A program made the translations under genes and the position numbers. 64,000 nucleotides of DNA from Octopus vulgaris (lineage: Eukaryota), in NCBI GenBank assembly GCA_951406725.2, contig OX597837.1, positions 20,274,001 to 20,338,000 of the forward strand, read 5' to 3'. A model generated the notes under the pieces. That model was not told where the DNA came from. It made no database searches and saw nothing but the letters and a program-made list of their open reading frames with translations. Shown here piece by piece: positions 28,340-42,767 of the stretch. Positions within the stretch are counted from its first letter, which is position 1. Every line of letters begins with the position of its first letter.

Positions 28340-29350
28340 AGTCTATGCCCAGTCATGGAGTGACCAATGGTATAGCATCCACAAAGGGCTTAGCCCCGCG
28401 AACGTTTCGTCAGACTAAAACCGAAAACAAATGTAACTCCCCGCCTCTGGGCTGCAGGAATTTGTTATGGTCATTTGGTCAGTAAGTCACCAAAGAATAA
28501 ATTGTACAGGATCAGTGAGGGCGGGTTATCTCCCTTAGAGCAATTTTTGTGGGCCAAGAGGAAGGGAACAGGGGATTTTCTCTTGGGTTGCTTTTAGATT
28601 GTAAGGATCCTTCTGGGTCTAATCACAAAACGGAGACTCCCATGTTTGTCGCAGACGTTTGAAATGGATGCAAGGAAGGTAACTTTGTTGGTGACTGTTC
28701 AGTGACCAAGGTCTCAGGGAGTCTTTCAGTATCCTTTCTCGCTCGGCTATACAAAACTTGCAGCGTTCCCTCCCGTTAATGTAGGGTCCCGGCCACTCTA
28801 AGATCTTCCACTTGATATCGTATGGGGTTCCTTGGTCTTTGAGGCGCTACACGTGGCTGGCCAGGGACATGACGAATCGTCTTTCCGGAAGCCTGAAAGA
28901 AGACCTGTGATTGTACAGGCGCCGCTTTAAGGCCATCCCGGCTGACCCGATATATTTCCAGGCTTGGGTGTTGGTTGTGCTCATATTACTGGCGAATTTT
29001 CGGTTGGTTCCAGGCCTGGAGATGTTGTTGCCACCGGTGTTTCTGGGGCTTCCATCAATGCTGTTATCATTATGAGGCGTGGGTCCGGTGATATTGTTGC
29101 GGCTGTTGCCGTTGTGGTGGTCATCTCTGGCCGTGGCGTTGGCGCTACCGTCGCTGATGGGGATGTGGATATCGTCATTGGTAATATCAGGCGCGGAGCC
29201 ACAAGCCTCGCTGGTGCTACTGTTTGTTCGACAGTATTATTGATTATTATAAAAATACATACTTTAGTTAATGTATTTGGATATAGTTCTCTTCTTTAAT
29301 TCATTTTTTCTCTAAAATTTCTACATTGCTTTCATGTTGTGTGATATTGC
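28340..29350 (-). mobile_element. Penelope-like element relic: Pro/Thr-rich linker, GIY-YIG endonuclease, 3' pLTR ending at (TA)n
   Basis: Minus strand 28962-28620 reads WKYIGSAG..KRRLYNHRSSF..SLASHV*RLKD..YDIKWKIL..CKFCIAE..SLNS..CIH. Confidence 0.8.
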
Positions 29351-29759
29351 ATGAACATAGGCAGAATAATTCAAAAGTCTGCTCCATTATAATGAGGTCC
29401 TGAGAATCCATTTGGACGAATGTCATAGCTTTGAATCACATTAAGTTTTCTAGATGAAATTACAAATAAATAAACCGTTTGGAGACTCAGTCGTTGTAAT
29501 TCATACTTAATGCTCTCGAGAAATACATTATAAGTATAAAGGAGAGAGAGGCGGACCACAATGGGCTGTAAAGAAAGATCAATCTAGTCCTCATCCAGCG
29601 TTACTGATAAAGATGTTGAGGGCTCAATTTTACATCAGTCCTAACTTCATTTCGGTTTTGTTCCCTATAGTCGTTTAAGAGAGAACAATACGCGCCCACG
29701 AGCCATTAGACTTTCAGAAGCTCCACAACTGATGGAAAAAAAGAAGCATGTGTCCCTCA

Positions 29760-30110
29760 AATAAGAGATCTGGATATTTGCAACACAGTGATCGTTATTA
29801 CCTCAAGAAGTGCTCTGATGAACTTTCTCTCTTAGTTTCAGATCACTTTGTGCCGTCTTGCTTCGCTCGAAATTCACAGAAACTTCATCCAAATGCTGTT
29901 GTACTTCCATAAAATAAGGAAGTGTTTCTACAGTCATAGCTTATTTCCTCGAACTGCCAGACTTTGGAATTCTCTTCCATCTCATTGTTTTCCCCGCTTT
30001 TTTTATAAATTGAATTCTTTCAAGCCTGGAGTAACTTCATTCCTTTCCTCTTAAATGTTCCTTCTTCATAGTCCCTTACACGAAGTGACTTTTCGCCTTG
30101 TTTGAGACTC
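29760..30110 (+). pseudogene. CR1-clade LINE 3' terminal relic
   Basis: FYSHSLFPRTARLWNSLPSHCFP..LNSFK is the typical CR1/L2-group ORF2 C-terminus. Confidence 0.65.
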
Positions 30111-30229
30111 AACAACAGGTTCCAGTGCTGCTGTTAAACTGGATGCTACCAGCCAAGAATTCAAAATTCAAATACAAGTAATCTCATCCGACCCTCTTGT
30201 AATTCTACCAATCCATCACCCTGGCCACT

Positions 30230-30990
30230 ATTTTATTTTATCGACTCCGAAAAGTAAGAAATGGAAAGGTGGTTTTGGTGGAATTTGAACTCAGAACGAA
30301 GACACCCGAAACTAAAAAACCCAAGGCCTACTTTCTAATGACTGCCGTTTTGATATCTATGTGTTTACAAGGCCTGAAATTTCCGAGGAGAGGGTAAATC
30401 GATTGCATCGGCCCCAATACTGAACTGGTACTTATTTTATCAATCCCGAAAGTTTGAAAAGGCAAAGTCGACCTCAGCTGAATTTGAACACAGAACGTAA
30501 AGACGAACGAAATGTAATTTGCCTGGCGTGCTAACGATTCTGCCACTTGCCACTGTCATTTTATATTGATTTCAAATTTTGGCACAAGGCTGGCAATATC
30601 AGTGGAGCAGGTAAGTCGCTTATCGACCTCAGTGCTCAACTGGTACTTTATTTATCGACCCCGAAAGGACGAGAGTCAAAGTCGACCTCGGCGGAATTTG
30701 AACTCAGAACATCGTTACAAATGAAATGCCGCTGAACATTTCGCCAGGCGTGCTAACAATTCTTATTTCTTTATTGTCCACAAGGAGCTAAACACAGAGG
30801 GGACAAACAAGGACAGACAAACGGATTAAGTCGATTACATCGACCTCAGTGCGTAACTGGTACTTAATTTATCGACCTCGAAAGGATGAAAGGCAAAGTC
30901 GACCTCGGCGGAATTTGAACTCAGAACGTAACGGCAGACGAAATACGGCTACGCATTTCACCCGGCGTGCTAATGATTCTGCCAGCTCGC
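30230..30990 (-). mobile_element. Cluster of four SINE family A copies
   Basis: Repeated GAATTTGAACTCAGAAC/GAACACAGAAC body motif at about 30280, 30480, 30694, 30911. Confidence 0.85.
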
Positions 30991-32054
30991 TACTGTAATT
31001 ACATATATATTAAAACTAATTAACGCTTTGAAAGAAAACCGTTTCTGACACTTATGTTACATGGGCTTAAAGCATGATTACACTAGACTCTTTCATATTA
31101 GGTTTAACCCATAAACTTTGTATCCAATTATATTTCTTCAAAAGGAAACACCTTCAGAAGTAAGTGGGAAAATAGGCAGACATAATGACAACTTGAACCC
31201 ACTGCTTTGCGCTAATGGCGGTAGTTCTCATGTGTCTGCTCAACCTACAAATGATCCTTTCTACTTACAGGCACAAGGCCTGAAATTTGTGGTGGAGAGG
31301 ACTAGTCGATTACGTCGACCCTTAATGCTCCACCGTTATTTATTTTATCGACCCCAAAAGTATAAATGGTGAGTCAACCTCGACGGAATTTGAACTCAGT
31401 GAAGCCGAATGAACTAAATAAAGCCGGAAGAAATGCCACTAAGCATTTTGTCCGGAGTGCTTACGATTCTACCCTGCTTGTCACCTTTCTACCTGCTAGT
31501 AATATCACCTAAATACCCCTGAAAGCACTAACCCTGTAATAAAGTAAAGAACAGTCAATAATTTGGTATTCTATGTACCACATCTTAAGAAAAAAAATCT
31601 CACACCTGAAACACCTTCGATCAAAGGTTTATTTGACGTAAAAGTACATTAGTGGCGGATGAAGAACAATCTGAATGACATACAAAGAAATAACAGATTC
31701 AGACTTATATATTTGTCTCAATACAATATGTATGTATTTAAGCTTGCGACTATACTGTCACAAGAGAACAATCATGAAGCGTGGCCAAGTAATTACTGAA
31801 TCGAGCTCTCATTCGTTAAGTCATAGGTTCAGTTCCTGAAGTAGGCAGTGCCTGGTATCCTAGAATAAAACACTTCTTTTCATACTGTTCCAGTTCGCGT
31901 GATTTAAAATGAGAAGCAGCAGCGGCAGGTGAGGTATAAAACTGCGATGATAGACAGGTATCCCGTGGAGTCTTGCTCTTTCGCTCTTTTATATGACTCA
32001 GAGATCAGGGTAAACTCTGGCTTGATGGACGAGCAGTCTTTAAAGTTAACACTC

Positions 32055-32105
<51 letters not shown>

Positions 32106-32569
32106 TATATATACACACACACGCACACACATACACACACGCACACGCACGCACATTCACTGAGATCATGCTAGGACACTGCCTTGCCACATTTTTGATG
32201 TACCACCTGGTCAAGAGAATGAGGACCAATAGAGGTATCTATACTTGCTTGCGACTACTTGGGTACGCGAGAAGGAAACGTCTAGTAACCAGCAGACGAA
32301 TGGCGAATGGGACAATCTTAGGAAGCCGGAAGCTACTACTCAGAAATCTGGACACTGGTGATTTCAGTAGGATGGTCATGGGAATGCAGAGGAATGACAG
32401 CTGCTCAATATCCTGTTCAAATGACCAGGCGAGCTTTCTTTTAGCGATCGTGATGCCTTTCCCAAGACGGAGACGTTTCGTCAAAAGCGTCTTTAAGCGC
32501 ACACATTTATTTTCATCACAATTTAATGGATTTCCCACCTCTTTGGATAAAATATAGCATCAAATTGAT

Positions 32570-33365
32570 GCTGGAGCACCACCTTCAAGGGTTCTAGTCG
32601 AAGAAATCGACCCCAGGACCTATTCTTTGTAGGCCTAGTCTCTTTTTGTAGGCCTAGTCTCTTTTTGCCGAACCGCTAAGCTACGGGGACATAGACACAC
32701 CGACATCGGTTATCAAGTGATAGTGGAAGAACAAACAGACACAAAGGCATACACACACAGATGTACATAAACATATATACGACGGGCTTCTTTCAGTTTC
32801 CATCTACCAAATCCACTCACAAGGCTTTGGTCAGCCCGAGGCTATAGTAGAAGACACTTGCCCAAGATGTCACCTAGTGGGACTGAACCCGGAACCATGT
32901 GGTCGGGAAACAAGCTTCTTACCACGCAGCCGGCCTGCGCCTATACTCTTTTTACTCTTTTACTTATTTCAGTCATTTTACTGCGGTCATGCTGGAGCAC
33001 CGCCTTTAGTCGAGCAAATCGACCCCAGGACTTATTCTTTGTAAACCTAGTACTTATTCTATCGGTCTCTTATTGCCGAACCGCTAAGTGACGGGGACGT
33101 AAACACACCAGCATCGGTTGTCAAGCGATATTGGGGATACATGCACAGACACACAAACATATACACACACACATACATACATATATATATACATATATAC
33201 GACGGGCTTCTTTCAGTTTCCGTCTACCAAATCCACTCACAAGACTTTGGTCGGTCCGTGGCTGTAGTAGAAGACACTTGCCCAAGATGTCACCTAGTGA
33301 GACTGAACCCGGAACCATGTGGTTGGTAAGCAAGCTACTTACCACACAGCCACTCCTGCGCCTAT
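32570..33365 (-). mobile_element. Two tandem SINE family B copies
   Basis: GACGGGCTTCTTTCAGTTTCC..GACACTTGCCCAAG at about 32780 and 33200. Confidence 0.85.
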
Positions 33366-33611
33366 GCCTACGTTTAATAAACAATTAATACTTATTATAT
33401 AGACAGTAGAATACTATGAGATACACGATTGGTAGAAAAAGGAGAGATAAGGGAGCAAAACTACAGATTCTGGTGAGGAAATGAGGAAGCTGTACGAAAT
33501 GAAGCTGGTGTTGGTTTAGCTATTGCGAGCGCTTCTGTCAACAAATCTCTGTTGCTAACCAATGATCTGATGAAGGTGACTGGAAATAGAAGTGCAACTG
33601 ATTTCTTTGTG

Positions 33612-33616
<5 letters not shown>

Positions 33617-33662
<46 letters not shown>

Positions 33663-33739
33663 ATGTGTGTGCGCGCGTGTGTGTGTATGTGTGCGTGTGC
33701 ATGTGTGTGTGTATGTGTGTGTGTGTGTGTGCGTGCGGG

Positions 33740-33775
<36 letters not shown>

Positions 33776-33853
33776 GGCATGTGTGTGTGCGTGTGTGCGT
33801 GTGTGTGTGTGTGTGTATGTGTGTTTGTGTGTGTGTGCGTGCGGGCATGTGTG

Positions 33854-33906
<53 letters not shown>

Positions 33907-34074
33907 GCGTGTGTGTGTGTGTGCGTGTGTGTGCGTGTGTGTGTGTGTGTGTGTGCGCGCGCATGTGTGTGTGTCTGCACCCATGTGTGTGTGTGTGCGC
34001 GCGCATGTGTGTGTGTATGTGTGCGTGCCCATGTGTGTGTGTGCGTGTGTGCGTGCGTGCGCATGTGTGTGTGT
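33617..34074. repeat. (TG)n / (TGCG) compound microsatellite
   Basis: Directly visible. Confidence 0.95.
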
Positions 34075-35375
34075 ATCTATGCTCTTTTGTTGACATACAA
34101 GCGGAATATGTAGAATCTCTAGGATTTACTACGTTGACATTTGGACACGATGCCAACAGCTCAACGATCGTAATGCGAGAGAAGTGAAGGGTTACCTAGC
34201 ATAAGACCGAGATTTAAATCACTTTGAAAAGATAATCTCAACTGCAATGGCCAACTCCAACGAAAACTATGCTCCAAAAACGACCTGGTCGAGGCAAACA
34301 CCTTCTTCTTGAAAAGTAATGACATACCGCGGACCACAGCTTTGCAGACAGAAGTTGTGTTCGTGCCATGGAAGGGTACTGGTTGTCTCACTGATAGTGC
34401 AATAAGTCTATACCACGTCTAACTTTTCTGTGAGACTGAAATGCAAAACCGTTGTAAGAATTCTTCTGAAAAGACTGGATGCCAGTAAACTAAAAAATCC
34501 TTAAGTCCATCATGAAGTGGCAGTGACTATGAGCAGAATATGTTAGCTGACACTACATCAGCCGATGGTGACTGGGAGCAGTGACATGAAATAATCAACG
34601 AAACAGCTGCCACCTCAGTCGATTTCTCCGATCGCAAATATGCTGACTGGTTCGAACAGCGGACATAAATGGCCAGTGTTATCTTAAAAATGAAAGTTCC
34701 ATCAAACTGTTCTAAATGGAGATACATGATATCTACCAGTCATGCTACCAGTCAGGCTACCAGTCGACAAAAAAGATACAAGCTTCGATACAAAAAAAAA
34801 TATATATATAGAAATTCAAGTCCTTTTTGAGTCTCACAAGGCAAAAACTTTCTGTGTTAGTCTGAGAGAGATACACGGTACATAAACCAATGATGAGTAA
34901 GGTTTACTTACGTCTCTACCCCGGGAACAAAGATGCTGTCGGGAACATTTTATTGAGCTACTAAACTGGTTGTCAACACTTTTGCATGACACTCGCACAA
35001 ATTTTGGAATATACCAATTTGATTCTATCACCGAATATAGAGGAACTGGTAAATACCATTTGCCGGGTAAATTTCCTTTTGTTTATTTCGTTCCCATAGG
35101 TGGGTGTGTATAAGTATGGTGGGAAAGAATTGTCCTGAAGATTTCTCTAATTCTTCAGAGAATATAAGAAATGTGATATCCTTCTGAAATGGGTCGAGAA
35201 TGGAAGGTCTGTCAGAATTATCGAGAAATTTTCCTTCCCTCAATCGCAGAAAAACTTCTACCTCAAGCATTTCTCTAGTAACTGAAAAACAAAAACAACG
35301 AATTCTTTCTGAAAGCTTGTGTGCATTTCATTTGTCTACGATTACCACCGACATGCTTCTCAGAAAAGTTTATTA

Positions 35376-35772
35376 GGTGTGGCTGTGTGGTAAGAAGCAT
35401 ACTCCCCAACCACACAGTTGCAGGTTCAGTTTCACTGCGTGAAACCTTGGACAGACGTCTCCTATTACAGCCTCGGGCCGACCAAAGCCCTGTGAGTGGA
35501 TTTGAGATACGAAATCTGAAAGAAGTATGTGTGTGTGTGTGTGTGTGTTTTGTGTCTGTGAGTCTGTGTTTGTCCGCCACCACAGCTTGACAACCGGTGT
35601 TGGTGTGTTTATGTCCCCCGTAATATAAGCGATTTGGCAAGAGAAACTGGGAGAATGAGTACCAAGTTTTAAAAAAAAGAATAAATACTGGAGTCATTTG
35701 ACTAAAAATTCTTCAAGGCGGTGCCCCAGCATGACCACAATCTAATGACTGAAACAAGTAAAAGATGAAAGA
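35376..35772 (+). mobile_element. SINE family B copy, diverged
   Basis: GTGGCTGTGTGGTAAG head to ATGACTGAAACAAGTAAAAG tail. Confidence 0.8.
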
Positions 35773-36689
35773 TAATGATTAACACTGATTCCCACTTTCC
35801 ATCGTGGAAGACTTTCAAAGGTGCGAAAAGAGAGGGTTTATATGCACCCTGTTCAAAAGATATAGGGTCTGCATAAATTCCACGATGGAATATCCACCAC
35901 GACCTTTCTTGGGAGCAACATCATGGCTTCCTTTATGGTTGACCACTGTGCCAAATAGGATTGGGTTCTCGCTCTAGCTATATTTCCGGCGGCCATGTTT
36001 GATAACATGGCGAGCGAACCCAGAAATGGAGTACGATTCCGCACAAGGGTGAATAGCGAGTTGTTAAACCAGTCTACTTTAAGATCTTCCAAGAAATGCC
36101 GTGATATGTGTATTCACCAACTCCTGTTTACCTTTGAATATGGTTAAGAAGTTCGCATATTTGGGCAAAATCTTTTTTTTTTAAGACAGTAGCTGGAAAA
36201 GCAGTTGCACTAGGATCTTCAGGGCAGTACTCTGCAGTTAACTGAAACATAGAAACCACTAAAAAGAGTTCATGGAGATTAACCATTAAGCGAAATTGCA
36301 ATGAAGTGAGTGGCCCGATTGTAGCGGCGTAGAAAAGGACAGTGACTACCTGCAAACGATAGCGGGTAACCATTGAAGCGACCAAATATCACAGAGTACA
36401 TTGGATGAAAGAAGAAAATAGAAAAAGCACGAGAGAAAGACCCCCTCTAACTGCACTAGCAATAATACTCTGCAATACCTAATGTCTTATTTTGTATCAG
36501 TACCTTTAATGCAGACTTCACAAAAAATGCGAGAGATGTGATATATGAATGTATATATACAGGATGGGCCAAAAGTCATGCACAAAATACGCTCCGGAAC
36601 TGTCGAAGACATGCTCCAATTTTTCTAAACTTGGATGAAATAAATAACAGTGAATACACACGTATATGACGAAACAAAATGTATTCCAT

Positions 36690-37436
36690 GGAGGTGGGTG
36701 TGGTTAGTCGATTACATCAACCCACTGTTCGACTAGTACTTATTTTATCGAACCCAAAATGATGAAAGTCAAAGTCGACAGAATTTGATCTTAGAACGTG
36801 AAGACTAACGAAATGCCGCAAAGTGTTATGCCCTGCGTGCTAACGATTCTGCCAACTCGCCGCCTTAATAACGTATTATAAATTATTTTAAATTTTTGTC
36901 AAAATGGCAGCTTGGGGGAGGTGGGGATGAGTCGATTAGATCGACCTCAGTGCCCAACTGGTACTTAATTTATCGACCTTGAAAGTATGAAAAGCAAAGT
37001 CGACCTCGGCGGAATTTGAACTCAGGACGTAGCGAGGTGCGAAATACCTATTTCGTTACTATCCACAAGGAGCTAAACACAGAGAGGACAAACAAGGTCA
37101 GACAAACGGATTAATTCGATTATATCGACCCCCAGTGCGTAACTGGTACTTATTTAATCGACCCCGAAAGGATGAAAGGCAAAGTCGACCTCGGTGGAAT
37201 TTGAACTCAGAACGTAACGACAGACGAAATACCGCTAAGCATTTCGTCCAGCTCACTAAAGATTCTTTTCTACTCTAGGCACAAGGCCGGAAATTTTGAT
37301 TGAGGGGGCCAGTCGATTATGTCGACTCCAGTGTGTAACTGGTACTTAATTTATTGACCCCGAAAGGATGAAAGGCAAAGTCGACCTCGGCGGAATTTGA
37401 ACTCACAACGTAGCTGCAAACGAAATAGCGCTAAAT
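36690..37436 (-). mobile_element. Cluster of SINE family A copies with two alternative tails
   Basis: Four body motifs; tails TATTTC..CCACAAGGAGCTAAAC and TTTCTACTCTAGGCACAAGGCC. Confidence 0.85.
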
Positions 37437-37469
37437 GTCAAATCTCAAATGCATGACTTTTGACGCACC

Positions 37470-37562
<93 letters not shown>

Positions 37563-39042
37563 CGTGCGTGTGTGCGTGTGTGTGTGTGTGCGCGCGCGTG
37601 TGTACTAACGCAACTATTTTATCCAAAAAATAGCGACGTTCTGGATTGACATAGACTTAGTGCATAGTAATTTTGCTTTTTAACACTGAAAGATGTTTGA
37701 TTCGAGTGAGATTTAGCTGCTATTTCTGACAGCTCGAACAAGCGCTCAGATATTCCCTGTTCCTCACTGCTTTATCTGTTGCTTCATAGCTTCAAATTAT
37801 GTCTAATCATGCAGGTCTATGACAACTTGTGCTCTAACCGTGACCATCTCGTCTTTTTATATTAAGGATTAACGTTGTCCAACGTTCCTTCGTTTTTTAA
37901 AACTGTTCGGTTTGTTATGTAACGGAGACTTGACTTCTATTTCTAGCAATTAGAATGACAGCTCTCACGCCCAATCGTTGGTTCGTGGCTCCTTTAAGTC
38001 TTGATTTGTCCTGGCTCATCCCTGTTTGAGCAGACTCAAAATCAAGGGTCTCCCATCCGTGACTATCCCGTTCTTTTCGGAGACAGGGAAAAGGGCATCG
38101 AGAACCTGTGTCCAACATGTCATTCCTTTAAAGACGGTAGAACAGGTACACACACGCACACACGCACACACACACACACATACACACATACTTACACACA
38201 TTCACCCGCACGCACACAGACATACACACATACATACATACATACATACATACACATAAATATACACACGCATACACACGCACGGAAATATACACACACT
38301 CACTCATACACACACACACATACATACACACATACATACACATATACACACACACACGCATACATGCACACAGAAATATACACACACTCACTCATACACA
38401 TAAACACATACACACGTACATACACATATACACACATACACGCATAATACTCTCTCTCTCACACACACACACACATTACAAGAACACTGCACTATTCAAA
38501 TAAATATATATATATAGGTAAACTCGGCAATTAATGTCTAGACTTTGACAGAGAAAAAATAAATAAATAAATTTTTAATTTTCCGAAATACCTTACGGAA
38601 AAAAAAATCATATGAAGATCGATAAAAATAAGGAAGAAAATAAATGACTGGAATGTTGTTTTATGTTTTACAAGTTTATTGAGTTGTATAAGTGTGTGGA
38701 AAGAGAAGCTGGAAGTTTTGGCTTGTTTATAGATTGTCTTTCATCTTTTACTTGTTTCAATCATTGGACGGCGACCATGCTGACATACGGCTGTAGAGGG
38801 TTTCTTTTTTTTAAAAAAAGTTTAGTGTTTATTCTATCGGTCTCGTTCACCCAACCACTAAGTTACGGAGACATAAACAAACCGATAGTTGCTGTCAGAC
38901 GGTGGTGAGCCACAAGCACGACGCAAACACAAAAACACACACACGAACGCGCGCGCGCACACACACACACGGACACGAACATATATATGTGTGCGTATAA
39001 GTGTATGTGTGTGTGTGTGTGTGTACATATAATAGACATATC

Positions 39043-39274
39043 TATTTCTTTATTTCCCACAAGGGGCTAAACATAGAGGGGACAAACAAGGACAGACATA
39101 GGTATTAAGTCGATTACATCGACCCCAGTGCGTAACTGGTACTTAATTTATCGACCCCGAAAGGATGAAAGGCAAAGTCGACCTCGGTGGAATTTGAACT
39201 CACACCGTAACGACAGACGAAATACGGCTACGCATTTCGCCCGGCGTGCTAACGTTTCTGCCAGCTGGCCGCCT
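39043..39274 (-). mobile_element. SINE family A monomer, full length, with imperfect 13-bp TSD
   Basis: TATAATAGACATA (39028-39040) vs TATAGTAGACATA (39275-39287). Confidence 0.88.
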
Positions 39275-39299
39275 TATAGTAGACATACCATCTTCATCT

Positions 39300-40780
39300 G
39301 GACAAGCTTGCTCGAGCATTTTTAACCCGCACAAGCCAGCCATCTCGGTCTTGCATTAGCTGAGGAAGATCATCAGGGAGGTATCTAGTGTCTCTGGTGA
39401 ACTGATCTACATACGTTGTGTTCGGACGACCAGCTCGAGTCCGACCATGCTTTGGCATCGGTAGCAGTAGGTTACTTACCAGCTCTTGTTTAGATCGTCA
39501 GCAATGACCCATAAAGCGCAAGCGCCTTACCCTTTTAATAATAGAAACAGGCAGGAGATCTTCATTCAGCTATTTCTTGGTGGGGTAAGTTCTCCAAGTT
39601 GTGCTTAAGACTGCCCTTAATATTCGGGCGCAAGTTCCATCTAGCTTGGATTCCAGTTTTTTGGTAAGTGTCCAAGGAATTACTCCACCTTGTACGGAAA
39701 AAATTCCTCTTACGGTTGTCTGACAGAATTGATTTCACGATAACATCCAGTTTGTTTAGGATTGACCCATGATTTGCCTGTCCGAGTTTTACATCCTTTT
39801 CAGTTGATGCTGTCTCAGAACGGAGGTACGGGAAATCATCAACTTGATTAGCGATGGATCCTTGTTGATTATGAGCAATGAACTTGGCTTTTCTAGGATT
39901 AATAAATTGTCTAACATCTTGTTAATTCAAGTTAATTCAAGATTATAAAGTAATTGGATGGAGTTTGATATTGTATCAGAGAGTAAGATTAAATCACCAA
40001 TGTTATTTTTTGAGCTGGATGTTCAATCGATCTTTTCACAAGTGTGAAACCGAAGCTATTTAGATTGGCAAATGATATTCTGTGGACATAATCCAGAGTG
40101 ATCAAGAAGAGAAAAAGTACCAATGTGTCCCCCTGAAGTACTCCAGCTTTGAGGTCAAACATACTTGTATCTCAGTCTGGGGATTTTACTATTGATCTGG
40201 TGTTGTTAAACAGAATCATAACTGCTGCTGTTATTTCCTCAAGGGTACTGTAGACCAGTAGTATTTTTTACATTTCATCAAAAGTTTTTGAGAAATCAAC
40301 AAACAGTAATACTGCTTCAAGATTTCTGGTGTCCACTCCTTCCGGTAAACGATGAACTGTAAATATTTATCCGACAGTTTATCTATATTTTACTGAAGTC
40401 GTTTTGATTTTATTCTCAACACTTTCCCATTTTCTGGTTGTATCCTGTTAAATAGGATTGAATAATAAACTTTTGTAGTGATGCCTCTATAGTACTTTGT
40501 GAGACCCAAATCACCTTTCTTTGGAAATGGAAGTATGCAGCTTTCTATCCATTTGTCACTGTTGCTTCCATTATAGATTGTATTGCAGAAGCCTAACAGA
40601 ATATCATTGAAGTCTCCTGTTTTCCAGACTTCAGATAGAATGCTATCCATTATATCAGCTTTTCGGGTTTTGGTGATTTCAAGAACTTTTCAATTCGTCA
40701 ATAGTGAAATCTCCAGTTATGATATCAAAGGTATAGTCAATAATTGATATTACATCTATATCAAAAACTGAGGTTGGTAG
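39300..40780 (-). pseudogene. RTE-like LINE RT relic
   Basis: EVWKTGDFNDILL..ILPFPKKGDLG..YRGIT, LLFVDFSKTFD, AGVLQGDTL. Confidence 0.8.
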
Positions 40781-41403
40781 GGTGATGATAACTCCCATCC
40801 ATTGGGTCTCCAGTTTGCAGATAGGGGAATGGCCAATAGATTTACAGATTAGCTGTAAATACTTAATAAGCAGTCCCAGTCAAAATTACGGGTTGTGTCC
40901 TTTGGTAAGGCGTATCACTCGTTAGCTACCCTATCAGGGTCACAGTGAAATCATGAAACCCTGAAAAGAGTGGAAATGTCACTATCATTGGAAAGCAAGA
41001 TAGTTGTATGGAATGGAATGCAAGACATATAATACCTTGTCTTTTGGAGTTCTTCCCACTTCACAGAACAAATTATACTTTTGTGAAACTTGGTCTGGGA
41101 AACTCGCCAGCTTGACTGGTACTGCAATTGTCTATAGGAGGTTCGACTATAAATGAGTAATTAGCAATCAAAAGACATTCCATAACTTGCATTAACTTCA
41201 GAAATTCATCCCACATTGCTTGTTGAGTAGTTAAACAAGGAGCATGTTCTGTTGTAGTCCCAGCTCCAACTCAGTGTTTCAAAAATCAGCTCATGGGGTC
41301 ATTTTCAAAATTTGCTTGTGCACGTATCCTCAGTTTCTAATACAATAAATATACACACAGGGAAAATATAGCTATTTCTCTAGTTTGAAAAAGAATTATG
41401 AAC

Positions 41404-41486
41404 AGAGCATATGGCTTAGTGGTTAAGAGCGCGGGCTACTAGCCCCAAGATTCCGAGTTCGTTTCCAGGCAGTGCCCTGAATAATT
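41404..41486 (+). mobile_element. Short tRNA-like SINE head or tRNA pseudogene
   Basis: TGGCTTAGTGG..GAGTTCGTTTCC; no good acceptor stem. Confidence 0.55.
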
Positions 41487-41488
41487 AT

Positions 41489-41885
41489 AGGCGCAGGGGT
41501 GGCTGTGTGGTAAGTAGCTTCCTTACCAACCACATGGTTCCGGGTTCATTCCCACTGCGTGGCACCTTGGGTAATTGTCTTCTACTGTAGCCTCGGGCCG
41601 ACCAAAGCCTTGTGAGTGGATTTGGTAGACGGAAACTGAAAGAAGCCCGTCGTATATATGTATATGTATGTGTGTGTATATGTTTGTGTCTGTGTTTGTC
41701 CCCCCAACATCGCTTGACAACCGATGCTGGAGTGTTTACGTCCCCGTAACTTAGCGATTCGACAAAAGAGACCGATAGAATAAGTACTAGGCTTACAAAA
41801 AATAAGTCCTGGGATCGATTTGATCGACTAAAGGCGGTGCTCCATCATGTCCGCAGTCAAATGACTGAAACAAATAAAAGGGAGA
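41489..41885 (+). mobile_element. SINE family B, full length
   Basis: Close match to 2678-3090. Confidence 0.88.
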
Positions 41886-42314
41886 AAAAATAATAAAAGC
41901 CTTACTCGATTTTCGAACATTAACGGGTTCGAATCAGAGGTGTCTATATCCCTTTAAAGCATCCCAGAGAAATGAGCAGCCAGTTTGTTTATATTCACAA
42001 GAAATCTAGTAGCTTCAGAATGCCGGAGCTATTACTTTGCCTATCATCTCACTAGCGGTGCTGCAGCATGGGCGCAACCTCAGAGCTGAAACATATAAAA
42101 AAAATAAAAGAATAAAGTAAGTCCTGGCGGCGAATTGTTTGAGTAAAAAACCTTCAAGATGGTGCCCCAGCATGGCCACGGTCACATGACTGAATTCTAC
42201 CAGTTCATCTTAAATGTCGGAAGACATATTAAAATAGATCGATACATCGAATAAAGTACATGGCGTGAAGTGCAAAGGGGAAGTGCGTAGGGGTGTGTGC
42301 ACGTGAGTAACGTG

Positions 42315-42355
<41 letters not shown>

Positions 42356-42706
42356 ATATGTATATGTGTGCGAGTGTGTGCATTGTGAAGACCCAGTCAC
42401 GCTAAATTTGACTCTAGTGTGAAAATAGAACCACAACATCGTTAAGTGTTCTATCTTATTCTTAAAATTCTGCCAAAACGTTTTAACTGTATTTCAACAT
42501 TTACCTGTGTATGTGTGTGTGTTTGTGTGCGCGTACGTGTGTGTGTGTGTGCGTGTGTGTGTGTGCGTGCTTGTACGTATGCTTGTATGCGTATTTACAT
42601 ATGTATATTCATATATATATATATATTTGTGTCTGTGTATACATACATACATACATACATACATGCATACATACATATGTATATTTATATATGTATGTAT
42701 GTAAAT

Positions 42707-42767
<61 letters not shown>

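Noticed and set aside
28386-28455. Hammerhead in the 28 kb Penelope 3' region (GAAACGTTCG, agccc/gggct)
   Set aside because: CUGANGA box not recognisable
32168-32557. 129-aa and 99-aa overlapping ORFs
   Set aside because: No recognisable domain or splice context; probably old TE sequence
35780-36500. Possible CRE-like RLE retrotransposon relic (GATSWL..GF)
   Set aside because: Only one weak motif; needs a profile search
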